From a candidate division TM6 bacterium GW2011_GWF2_28_16 (GTDB taxonomy: Bacteria; Patescibacteriota; Microgenomatia; UBA1400; PJMF01), in NCBI GenBank assembly GCA_001029715.1, contig CP011212.1:195407-259406 (forward strand): DNA of 64,000 nucleotides, read 5' to 3'. Position numbers and translations under genes: made by a program. The stretch's first letter is position 1, and each line of letters opens with the position of its first letter. Of the stretch, positions 9,136-17,374 are shown piece after piece. Under the pieces are notes generated by a model. It saw nothing but the letters and a program-made list of their open reading frames with translations. It did no database searches and was not told the origin of the DNA.

Positions 9136-9759
9136 ATGCATTTTACTGATTTAAAGACGCTCAAAGCAGATCTAGAAAAGAATTTTCAAAATTTACCCTT
9201 GGTAGAAAAAGTTGAAGACATCGTTCATGGTGAAGGTAATGAGAATGCTAGTGTGATGCTAATTGGTGAAGCTCCTGGTTATAATGAGAGCGTGCAGAGA
9301 AGACCTTTTGTTGGTCGCTCTGGGCAGTTGTTGCGTAAAGTTTTAGCCGAGAGTGGTTTACAAGAAGATCAAGTTTATATTAGCAACATTGTCAAAGTTC
9401 GCCCACCAGACAATCGTGATCCTTTACCAGCAGAAATTTTAGCTTTTAAGCCTTATCTAGATGCAGAAATTCAAATTATCAAGCCAAAACTAATTATGAC
9501 TTTGGGGCGTTTCAGTATGGCCAAGTTTTTGTCAGATGTAAAAATCTCGCAGATTCATGGACGTTTACATAAGGTAAAATGGAATGACCAGCTCTTATTT
9601 ATTTTGCCAATGTATCATCCCGCCGCCGCTTTGAGAGCGACTAGAGTAAAAGATTCATTTATCAAGGATTTTGCCAAAATAGATAAAATTGTGGATTGGG
9701 TGGAAAACACCAAAGACGAAGCCTTTTTTAGCGAAACAGTTAAAGAAGCATTATTATAA
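9136..9759 (+). CDS. uracil-DNA glycosylase family 4
   Basis: GEAPGYNE..RPFVGRSG family-4 motifs and a C-terminal HPAA-like motif. Confidence 0.8.
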   Translation: MHFTDLKTLKADLEKNFQNLPLVEKVEDIVHGEGNENASVMLIGEAPGYNESVQRRPFVGRSGQLLRKVLAESGLQEDQVYISNIVKVRPPDNRDPLPAEILAFKPYLDAEIQIIKPKLIMTLGRFSMAKFLSDVKISQIHGRLHKVKWNDQLLFILPMYHPAAALRATRVKDSFIKDFAKIDKIVDWVENTKDEAFFSETVKEALL

Positions 9760-9780
9760 AAAATTATTTAACAATAAATT

Positions 9781-9879
9781 AAAAAGAAAGGAACGAATTT
9801 ATTTTTCGATGCATTGCGCCACCCGAGTGAACGTCTTCACTCGAGAGACGCTGAGGAGAAAAATATAATTCGTGAAATT
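9781..9879 (+). promoter_or_regulatory. conserved ~100-nt leader element (copy A) upstream of rnj, with hairpin 9824-9843
   Basis: Near-identical to 34759-34862 upstream of tuf. The hairpin CGAGTGAA-CGTC-TTCACTCG covaries with copy B. Confidence 0.6.
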
Positions 9880-11541
9880 ATGTCCAAACTAAAACTTTTA
9901 CCCCTAGGGGGAATGGGTGGTGTCACCCAAAATATGTATTTATATCAATATGAAAAAGAAATTCTAATTGTCGATTGTGGCATTGGTTTTCCTGACATGT
10001 ATATGCCAGGCGTCGATACTTTGATTCCTGATATTAGTTATTTACAAGATCAGCTCGAACAGGGCGCTAAAATTGTTGGTATGATTCTTAGTCATGGCCA
10101 TGACGATCATATTGGAGCTTTACCTTATTTATTGGGTGAATTGCCAAGCTTCCCAATTTATGGTTCACCTTTGACGATTGGTTTTGCGCGCGATCGTATC
10201 TCAGAGAAGAAACTCGATCGTGACATGCAAGCTATTTCTGACGAGAGAATTACTAAAATTAGCGATTTCTTTTCATTTGAATTAATTCCAATGACTCATT
10301 CTGTACCAGATACAAGACACATTGTAATTGATACACCAGTCGGTAGAATTTATCACGGCAGTGATTTTAAACTTGATAAAGCTCCAGTTGATGGCATTCT
10401 GTCAGACATGGAAGAAATCAAAAGAGTTGCCGATCAGGGTATTTTGTTAGCCATGATTGATTGTTTGCGTGTTGAAAGAGATCAGTGGACTAAATCAGAA
10501 TCAACTATTACTCCAGTTTTCGAAGAAGAAATGGCCAATGTCAAAGGTAAGATTTTGGTTACCTTGATGAGTTCCCATATTCATCGTATTCAACAGGTAG
10601 TTAATGTTTGTGAAGCTATTGGACGCAAAGTGGTTTTTGTGGGTCGCAGTGTTGAGCAAAATATGGTTGTAGCCACTATGCTAAAGAAATTACGCATGGC
10701 TCCTGGAACTCAAGTGGATAAGAAACACATTAGCGAAGTTCCAGATAATCAGCTCTGTGTTATTATTGCTGGCAGTCAGGGTCAAGAGGGTTCATCGCTA
10801 GTGCGAGCCGTTTATGGCGAGCATCGTATTATCCAAATTTCTCCAGAGGATAAAGTGATTTTTTCAGCTGACGCTATTCCTGGCAATGAAATTAATTATT
10901 ATGCAGCTATTGATGAATTGTCTTCCAATAATGTTGATGTGGTTTATCCAACCATTAACTCAGGCATTCATAGCTCTGGTCATGCTAGTGCCATTGAGCA
11001 AAGAGAAATTGTCGAAGTTTTAAACGCTAAATACATCATGCCAATTGGTGGTGCCAATCGCCATCGCGCTCTTTTCAAAAAACTTGTGGCTCCAGTTCTC
11101 AATTACGATAATCGCCATGTTTTATTGCCTGATTCTGGTCAAGTGCTTGGTATCGACGAAAACGGTATCCAAGTAGTTGATGAAGTTTTACTCAATGCTA
11201 AAGCAGTTGATGGTTTAGGAATTGGTGATGTTGGACCAGTGGTTTTGTCAGATCGCCTCTCTCTTTCTAAGTCAGGTATTATTGTTTTGATTATTCCAAG
11301 AACCAAAGGACAATTTGACTTCAAAGAAATGAAAGTCATTTCTCGAGGCTTTGTCTTTATGAAAGAAGCTGATGAAGTCATTCAATTTATTAAGCAAAAA
11401 ACTGCCGAGATAGTGGGTGATGAAGCACAGAATATCAAAGATGACGATCTCAAGAGAAAAATTGAGCGTCGTTTGGCAAAAAAACTATATAAAGTGATTC
11501 GTAGAGAACCAATTATTGTACCGGTAATTTTGGAAATGTAG
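9880..11541 (+). CDS. rnj: ribonuclease J
   Basis: Metallo-beta-lactamase HGHDDHIGALPYL, beta-CASP and C-terminal domains. ATG at 9880 (MSKLKLLPLGG) is preferred over the upstream TTG. Confidence 0.85.
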   Translation: MSKLKLLPLGGMGGVTQNMYLYQYEKEILIVDCGIGFPDMYMPGVDTLIPDISYLQDQLEQGAKIVGMILSHGHDDHIGALPYLLGELPSFPIYGSPLTIGFARDRISEKKLDRDMQAISDERITKISDFFSFELIPMTHSVPDTRHIVIDTPVGRIYHGSDFKLDKAPVDGILSDMEEIKRVADQGILLAMIDCLRVERDQWTKSESTITPVFEEEMANVKGKILVTLMSSHIHRIQQVVNVCEAIGRKVVFVGRSVEQNMVVATMLKKLRMAPGTQVDKKHISEVPDNQLCVIIAGSQGQEGSSLVRAVYGEHRIIQISPEDKVIFSADAIPGNEINYYAAIDELSSNNVDVVYPTINSGIHSSGHASAIEQREIVEVLNAKYIMPIGGANRHRALFKKLVAPVLNYDNRHVLLPDSGQVLGIDENGIQVVDEVLLNAKAVDGLGIGDVGPVVLSDRLSLSKSGIIVLIIPRTKGQFDFKEMKVISRGFVFMKEADEVIQFIKQKTAEIVGDEAQNIKDDDLKRKIERRLAKKLYKVIRREPIIVPVILEM

Positions 11542-11644
11542 CTATCTCTTGCAAGTGGAGCTTTTTTCCTCTTAAATAGAGTTAGTACTTAATAAAGCAC
11601 TTGACGCGATAGTGTTTTGTGTTATATCCTATAACAATACAAAT

Positions 11645-13843
11645 ATGGCTAATTTTAAACGCAGCAAAAGAAAAAAACGCAAAGCAATTCGTCTTAAAAT
11701 GCGTAGCGACACTAGTTATTCAGTAGTGGCAGTTCTATTGATTTTGCTTGGTTTATTGGTCTTAATTTCATTTACCGGTCAAGGTCAATTGCTTATTTTC
11801 ATCAATGATATCCTGTCTTTAAAGTTTGGTTTATCAATGTTGTTTTTACCTTTTGTTTTGATTTCTGCAGGCTTAGTAATGCTACGTAGTAAACATGCTT
11901 GGTCAAAACCAACTATTTTACTTGGCACGATTTTACTAATGCTTGGTACCATGGGCGTTACTAAAAGTGGACAAGTAGGTTCAAGTCTTTTTGTTAATTT
12001 TGCCAGACTAATTACTGAATCTGGTTCCTATGCTTTTTTTAGCGCCATTGTTTTAATTGGTATTTTAATTTTGTCCCAATCTTCTTTATTGGAGCTGGTT
12101 GAATTACTTGGCAAATTATTTAAGAAGAGAGCCAAAGATAAAAAAGAAGCTAAAGATATTTTTGCTGATCAAGTCAGCGAAAAGGAAATCACTAAAGCCA
12201 AGGGTTTTTCTATTCCTAATTTTGGTTTTGGATTTAGTAAAGACAAAGGTCTTAAAAAAGGCTCTTCTTTTAATGAGGAAATTGAACAAGATAACAGTAG
12301 TGCTAAGGCAATTATTGAAGACGAGCTTAAAAAAGAAACCTCTTCTTCCAATCTTGATAATCAAGAAGCTCTTAACGCCTCTTCAGTGCCAATGATGTGG
12401 GATTATCCACCTTTATCCTTACTCTCACAAAAGTCTGGTGGCAAAGCCGACCGTGGAGATGTCAAAGGCAACGCAGCGATTATTGAAAACACTTTGGATT
12501 CTTTTGGTATTCAAGCCAAAGTGACTGAATATAATCCTGGTCCAGCAGTTACTCAATATGCGCTAGATATTAACAAAGGTACTCGTTTATCTAAGATTAC
12601 TGCTCTATCAACTGATTTAGCTTTAGCTTTATCTGCTCCAACTGGACAAATTCGTATCGAGGCGCCAATTCCAGGTCGTAATTTAGTTGGTGTTGAAGTG
12701 CCAAATCGTAGTGCTGAGTATGTCACTCTCAAAACCATGTTGTCATCTCCAGAGCTTAAAAAGCATAAATCTAAATTAGCCGTGGCTCTTGGCATAGATG
12801 TAGCTGGTCGTCCATCGATTGTTGATATTGCGGCGATGCCTCATTTATTAATCGCTGGTTCAACTGGTTCTGGTAAATCTGTTTGTATTAACTCTTTTAT
12901 GTGCTCAATTTTGTTTAGAGCTACGCCAGAAGAAGTTAAGTTTATTTTGGTTGATCCTAAGCGTGTCGAATTAACTGGCTACAATGACATTCCTCATTTA
13001 TTAACTCCAGTAATTGTTGAGCCAAATAAGGTTGTTTCTGCACTCAAGTGGGCCTGTCAAACTATGGACAAGCGCTACAAAATGTTGGCAGAAGTAGGTG
13101 TCAAAAATATTAATGAATATAATGAACTAGCTGGTTTGGCTTCCATGCCAAACATCGTGATTGTGATTGATGAGTTGGCTGATGTAATGCTCTTTGCGCC
13201 TTCAGAAGTTGAAGAGAGTGTGACGCGTATTGCTCAGATGGCTCGTGCCGTTGGTATCCATTTAGTTTTGGCTACTCAGCGTCCTTCTGTGGATGTCTTG
13301 ACCGGACTGATTAAAGCTAACGTACCAACTCGTATCGCTTTTAACGTGGCTTCGATGATGGACAGTCGTGTCATTTTGGATAGTCCAGGTGCAGAAAAAT
13401 TGCTTGGTCGTGGTGATATGCTTTTCCAAGCTCCAGACAAACCAAAGCCATCTCGTGTCCAGGGTACTTTTGTCAGTGTTCAAGAAACCAATAATTTGAT
13501 TAATTTCTTAAAATCCCAGGGTCAAAAACCTCATTATGAGGAAGAAATTACTACCAAGTATCAGTCTAGCAAAGTTACTGGGGGCAGTATGGGTTCTGAT
13601 GATGGTGGTGGATCAGATATTGATGATAAATGTGAGGCAGCGGCGCGGCTCTTTTTGACCGCCGATAAGGCTTCCTCCTCTTTGATTCAGCGTCGCATGT
13701 CTGTTGGCTATGCCCGCGCCGCTAGAATTCTAGATCAACTCTACGAACTCGGCATGGTTGGCCCTCCAGATGGCAGTAAGCCAAGAGAAGTCAACAACGG
13801 CAAAATTAGAGAGTTTTTGATGAGCAAAGAACAAGAAGGATAA
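11645..13843 (+). CDS. ftsK: DNA translocase FtsK/SpoIIIE
   Basis: N-terminal TM segments, Walker A GSTGSGKS, and a C-terminal gamma winged-helix (LIQRRMSVGYARAARILDQL). Confidence 0.85.
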   Translation: MANFKRSKRKKRKAIRLKMRSDTSYSVVAVLLILLGLLVLISFTGQGQLLIFINDILSLKFGLSMLFLPFVLISAGLVMLRSKHAWSKPTILLGTILLMLGTMGVTKSGQVGSSLFVNFARLITESGSYAFFSAIVLIGILILSQSSLLELVELLGKLFKKRAKDKKEAKDIFADQVSEKEITKAKGFSIPNFGFGFSKDKGLKKGSSFNEEIEQDNSSAKAIIEDELKKETSSSNLDNQEALNASSVPMMWDYPPLSLLSQKSGGKADRGDVKGNAAIIENTLDSFGIQAKVTEYNPGPAVTQYALDINKGTRLSKITALSTDLALALSAPTGQIRIEAPIPGRNLVGVEVPNRSAEYVTLKTMLSSPELKKHKSKLAVALGIDVAGRPSIVDIAAMPHLLIAGSTGSGKSVCINSFMCSILFRATPEEVKFILVDPKRVELTGYNDIPHLLTPVIVEPNKVVSALKWACQTMDKRYKMLAEVGVKNINEYNELAGLASMPNIVIVIDELADVMLFAPSEVEESVTRIAQMARAVGIHLVLATQRPSVDVLTGLIKANVPTRIAFNVASMMDSRVILDSPGAEKLLGRGDMLFQAPDKPKPSRVQGTFVSVQETNNLINFLKSQGQKPHYEEEITTKYQSSKVTGGSMGSDDGGGSDIDDKCEAAARLFLTADKASSSLIQRRMSVGYARAARILDQLYELGMVGPPDGSKPREVNNGKIREFLMSKEQEG

Positions 13844-13845
13844 AG

Positions 13846-14243
13846 TGGAGATGGCGGGTTATGAACCCGCGTCCGTATCCAAATGTTTAAATAGCTTCTA
13901 CAGATTTAGTTTGCTTTCGATTAAAGATCAATAAGTTGTACAAACAAACTTTTACTGACCTATCCGCGTTATGTCTTAGAACTTTTTGCAACGCGAGTTC
14001 AAAAAGTTAGCCAAGTGACTGAGTTTTCACTTACCTATCTGCATCACTAACACAAATAAATAAATGCCTAAATTAGCAATAAGCTAAAGCAGGAGCATTG
14101 AAACTGGCAACAAAATTGCTGACAGCAGTCTTTGCTTTTGAGATTATGTTATCGACATTTATTGTCCGGGCCTTTTTAATGTCTTTGGTCCAAAGACAAT
14201 CTGCGACTATCTAAAAGATGTTACGTCAAAGCAATACATCCCC
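13846..14243 (-). ncRNA. ssrA: tmRNA (SsrA)
   Basis: On the minus strand, the 5' GGGGATG pairs with the 3' CATCTCC to give G3:U70, and the discriminator is A. The T-arm is GCGGG-TTCATAA-CCCGC. An internal 44-codon stop-free frame ends ...PALAYC-TAA. Length is 398 nt. Confidence 0.7.
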
Positions 14244-14284
14244 TTTTTAAAGAACTAAGCTTATTATAGCAGATACTTGCTAAT

Positions 14285-14944
14285 TTATTCCATTTTTGAC
14301 CCTATTATCAATCCAAACACCTTCTTTGCGCCAGCTTTTTTTAAAGCTTGGCTAGCGGCATTGAGTGTAGCGCCGGTAGTTAAAATATCATCAAGTAAAA
14401 TAATTTTCTTTTCCTTGACAAAATTCTGGTATTTTTCTCTGACAGCGAATAGGTTTGCCATTCTCTCAAGTCTTTCTGCTTGGTTTTTAATTTGTGCTTG
14501 TGCTTGGTTATTAATTTTTTTCTCAAGTAAATTCTTAGCTGGAATGTTGCTAAGTTTAGCGAGTTCTAGAGCGATTTCTTGGCATTGGTTATAGCCGCGA
14601 AGCTTAAGTTTTCGAGGGTGAAGTGGCACAAAAGTAATTAAATCGGCTTCAGGGATCAGTAAATGTCGCCACAACATTTTAGCCAAAAAAGGCGCAACAT
14701 TTTTACTATTTTTATACTTGAGCGCTTTGACTAATTTTTGCAAAGTGAAGTTAAATCTAGCGATGATTTGTAATTGATCGAGGTAAGCTGTCTCAAAATG
14801 AGGAGTAATTTCCTCGAGTTTATTTTGTAGAAAATAGAACTCCAGGCCGTGATAACAATTTTCGCAAAGCAGGTAGCCTAGCTTTTGGCAATGCAAACAA
14901 AAACTAGGGAAAAACAATTCTAAGAGCAGATTTTTAAGTCTCAT
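14285..14944 (-). CDS. comFC: ComF-family phosphoribosyltransferase (ComFC-like)
   Basis: N-terminal CxxC..CxxC zinc finger plus C-terminal PRTase motif ILLDDILTTGATL. Confidence 0.7.
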   Translation of the reverse strand: MRLKNLLLELFFPSFCLHCQKLGYLLCENCYHGLEFYFLQNKLEEITPHFETAYLDQLQIIARFNFTLQKLVKALKYKNSKNVAPFLAKMLWRHLLIPEADLITFVPLHPRKLKLRGYNQCQEIALELAKLSNIPAKNLLEKKINNQAQAQIKNQAERLERMANLFAVREKYQNFVKEKKIILLDDILTTGATLNAASQALKKAGAKKVFGLIIGSKME

Positions 14945-15038
14945 CTAGCTTAATTATCGATGGCGAAGTTAGCAAGAAGTGCAACAGATTGTCTTTTCCT
15001 CCAGAGTTTTCTATAATACGACCTAGTTTGCTAGATAA

Positions 15039-15112
15039 GGACAATTAGCTCAGTTGGTTAGAGCGCACGATTCACATTCGTGAGGTCACAAGTTCGAGTC
15101 TTGTATTGTCCA
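15039..15112 (+). tRNA. tRNA-Val (anticodon CAC)
   Basis: Cloverleaf with acceptor GGACAAT/ATTGTCC, D-arm GCTCAGTTGGTTAGAGC, anticodon loop TTCACAT and T-arm ACAAGTTCGAGTCTTGT. No encoded CCA. Confidence 0.85.
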
Positions 15113-15154
15113 CAAGAAAGAGTATTAAGTTGAAATTTAAAAGGGAAAATTTTT

Positions 15155-15571
15155 ATGACAAAATCTGAGACCTTCATTTTAAAAGATGAAGAAGAAACAA
15201 ATTTTTCTTCAAATCCAGATATAGACGTACTTCGCCAATCTATTTATGATCATTTAATTGAATCAGGTAATATCTCTGTTTTAGAAGCTTATTTTAAGAA
15301 TCCAAAAGATATAATATTCTTTAGTCCTTTTAATAGACCAGGTAACACTTTAGTTGTGGTTGAACAGGAACCCGACCCAAAAGGTTTTATTTTGGATCCT
15401 TCAAAAAAGTTAGCGTTGAAGACTGTTGATGGGCAGACAAAAATTCTTCGTAATGTTAAAGATTTCACTGCCTTAGTGAAAAGCAATAACTCTAGATTAG
15501 AGGGGGAAAAATTTATCAATAATTCTCTAAAATCAATTTCAAACAAATTAAAAAGAATATTTAAAGGATAA
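15155..15571 (+). CDS. hypothetical protein
   Basis: 138-aa ORF with SD AAGGGAAAA upstream. No recognisable motifs. Confidence 0.4.
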   Translation: MTKSETFILKDEEETNFSSNPDIDVLRQSIYDHLIESGNISVLEAYFKNPKDIIFFSPFNRPGNTLVVVEQEPDPKGFILDPSKKLALKTVDGQTKILRNVKDFTALVKSNNSRLEGEKFINNSLKSISNKLKRIFKG

Positions 15572-15587
15572 ACTTAGAAAGGCTAAA

Positions 15588-16019
15588 ATGACATTAAAAG
15601 AACAACTTATGGAAGATATGAAAAATGCGATGAGGGCTCACGAAACTCTCAAATTAGATGTGGTGCGCATGATTCGTAGCGATGTGAAAAACTTTGAAAT
15701 TGATAATGGTGAGGCTGACGATGAAAAAGTGCAGAAGATTATCAAAAGCATGCTCAAGCAACAAAAAGATGCTTTGGTCGATTTTTTAAGAGCAGCTCGT
15801 CAAGATTTAATTGATGAGACTAATTCCAAAATTGAAATTTTTGCCAGTTATTTACCAACTGAACTTTCAGATGCAGAGCTAGAGGCAGTTGTTGCTGAAG
15901 TTTTAGCTAGTGTAGAAAATAAAGACTTTGGTCCACTCATGGGTCAAGTCATGAAAAAAGTTGGTAGTAGAGCTGATGGTGGCAGAGTAACTGCTTTTTT
16001 GAAAAAAGCCCTATCCTAA
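15588..16019 (+). CDS. yqeY: GatB/YqeY domain protein
   Basis: The YqeY-family pattern runs throughout, including the C-terminal GPLMGQVMKK..G. Confidence 0.75.
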   Translation: MTLKEQLMEDMKNAMRAHETLKLDVVRMIRSDVKNFEIDNGEADDEKVQKIIKSMLKQQKDALVDFLRAARQDLIDETNSKIEIFASYLPTELSDAELEAVVAEVLASVENKDFGPLMGQVMKKVGSRADGGRVTAFLKKALS

Positions 16020-16036
16020 AATTATCAAAATAAATT

Positions 16037-16681
16037 ATGCAAACTCAGACAATTGGTGATTTGTTGCGCTCTGCTAGAGAGAAAAAACATTTTACCCTAG
16101 AAGATTTGGCCAAAGAAACCCATATTAAATTAGAGTATTTGCTTGCTTTAGAAGAAAATGATTTTGACGCTTTGCCGGCAGCAACTTTTGTCAAAGCTTA
16201 TATTCGTAATTACGCCAGACTTTTTGAACTTGATGAAAAACCTTTGTTTGCTATCTTGCGCCGAGATTTTGAAGAAAGCGTCAGAGGACAATTAATTCCC
16301 AGAGAATTTCTCTATCCACAATTAAAGAAAAAAACCCTTTGGTCGCCGGTACGTCTAGTTCTGTTTTCAGTGATTACAGTTTTTCTAGTCTTTTTTTCCT
16401 ATGCTGCTTGGCAGTGGTATCAACTAAGTCGTCCGCCAGCTTTGATGCTTTCAGCTCCACTAGAAAATGAAGAAGTTTCTTCAAGAGTAATTTTGAAAGG
16501 TGACACCGAGGTAGAAGCAATTTTAACGGTTAATTCTTTGCCAGTGGCTTTGCGGGAAGATGGTTCTTTTGAAACAGAGTTGTATTTACCTCAAGAAGGA
16601 GTGAACACAATTACCATTAAAGCCAGTGATAAAAATGGTAAAAGTAGTGTTTTACAAAGATCTGTCCGCGTTAAGTTTTGA
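16037..16681 (+). CDS. RodZ-like HTH membrane protein
   Basis: N-terminal XRE-type HTH (TIGDLLRSAREKKHFTLEDLAKETHIK), one TM segment, and a C-terminal domain. Confidence 0.6.
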   Translation: MQTQTIGDLLRSAREKKHFTLEDLAKETHIKLEYLLALEENDFDALPAATFVKAYIRNYARLFELDEKPLFAILRRDFEESVRGQLIPREFLYPQLKKKTLWSPVRLVLFSVITVFLVFFSYAAWQWYQLSRPPALMLSAPLENEEVSSRVILKGDTEVEAILTVNSLPVALREDGSFETELYLPQEGVNTITIKASDKNGKSSVLQRSVRVKF

Positions 16682-16710
16682 TAAAAATTTCAACTTATGT
16701 CACAATGGTC

Positions 16711-17015
16711 TTATGACAAATGAAATTCTTCCTATCGTTCTAGTTGTTTGCTTGGTAGTTTTGACAATTGTTTTGGTGGTTGTGGCGATTAATTTAATTG
16801 GTGTTTTAGTGGAGAGCAAAAAAGTGCTCAAAAAAGCCAATGCGACAATTGATACTACTCAAGAGAAAATTACTGGGATTCTTAATCCTTTTCATAGTCT
16901 AAGTTCTTTCGTAACTAATTTTACTGCTGGTTTAAAAGTTGCTGAAGGTTTTATGTCTTTTGCTAATAAAGACAAAAAAGATAAAGATAAGGATGATGAA
17001 AAAGACGGAGAATAA
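16711..17015 (+). CDS. small membrane protein with KD-rich tail
   Basis: ATG at 16711, a single TM segment, and a charged C-terminus. Overlaps the next ORF by 23 nt. Confidence 0.4.
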
Positions 17016-17337
17016 TTCCTTATTATTATTTGCTGGCGCCTTTAGTTTGGGCGCCATTTTTTCATATTTTGCTAGTCCAAGTGGCAGCAAAAAAAGACAA
17101 GAACTTGCCGAAAAATGGGAAGAAGCTAAAGAATACCTTTGGCAGCAAGGTTTAATCAAAGACAAAAACATTTCTTTTGAAGATTTTCGCAAAGAATATT
17201 TACAGAAATTAGCAAATTCTTTTACTGGTATGAAAGATGCTTTTGAAAGCAAAAGTATAGAAAAAGAATTGGCTCATTTAGCCAAACTCAAGCGTCGCCG
17301 CAACCGTAGCAAAAAGCCAAAGTTTAAAGGTATTTAA
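16993..17337 (+). CDS. YtxH-like small membrane/coiled-coil protein
   Basis: MMKKTENNSLLLFAGAFSLGAIF TM segment, then a coiled-coil and a basic tail. Confidence 0.4.
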   Translation: MMKKTENNSLLLFAGAFSLGAIFSYFASPSGSKKRQELAEKWEEAKEYLWQQGLIKDKNISFEDFRKEYLQKLANSFTGMKDAFESKSIEKELAHLAKLKRRRNRSKKPKFKGI

Positions 17338-17374
17338 TTATTAGCAAAGCAATTGATCGGGTATAATAAGCTTC

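Noticed and set aside
9814-9879. TTG-initiated N-terminal extension of RNase J, and the short ATGCAT-initiated ORFs in the two leader copies
   Set aside because: The extension covers the conserved structured leader. The leader ORFs differ completely between copies (19 versus 5 codons), so the conservation is at nucleotide and structure level, not peptide level.
12099-12395. Several 60-98 aa ORFs on both strands inside ftsK
   Set aside because: They sit in the Lys-rich linker-coding region of ftsK and are frame shadows of a confident gene.
14199-14215. AUAGUCGCA match to the E. coli tmRNA resume-codon context
   Set aside because: It lies only ~36 nt from the tmRNA 5' end, before where PK1 should be. 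A resume site near position 109 is more plausible, though still unverified.
14277-14594. 105-aa plus-strand ORF
   Set aside because: It lies antisense inside comFC and next to the tmRNA, it is hydrophobic and low-complexity, and it has no RBS.
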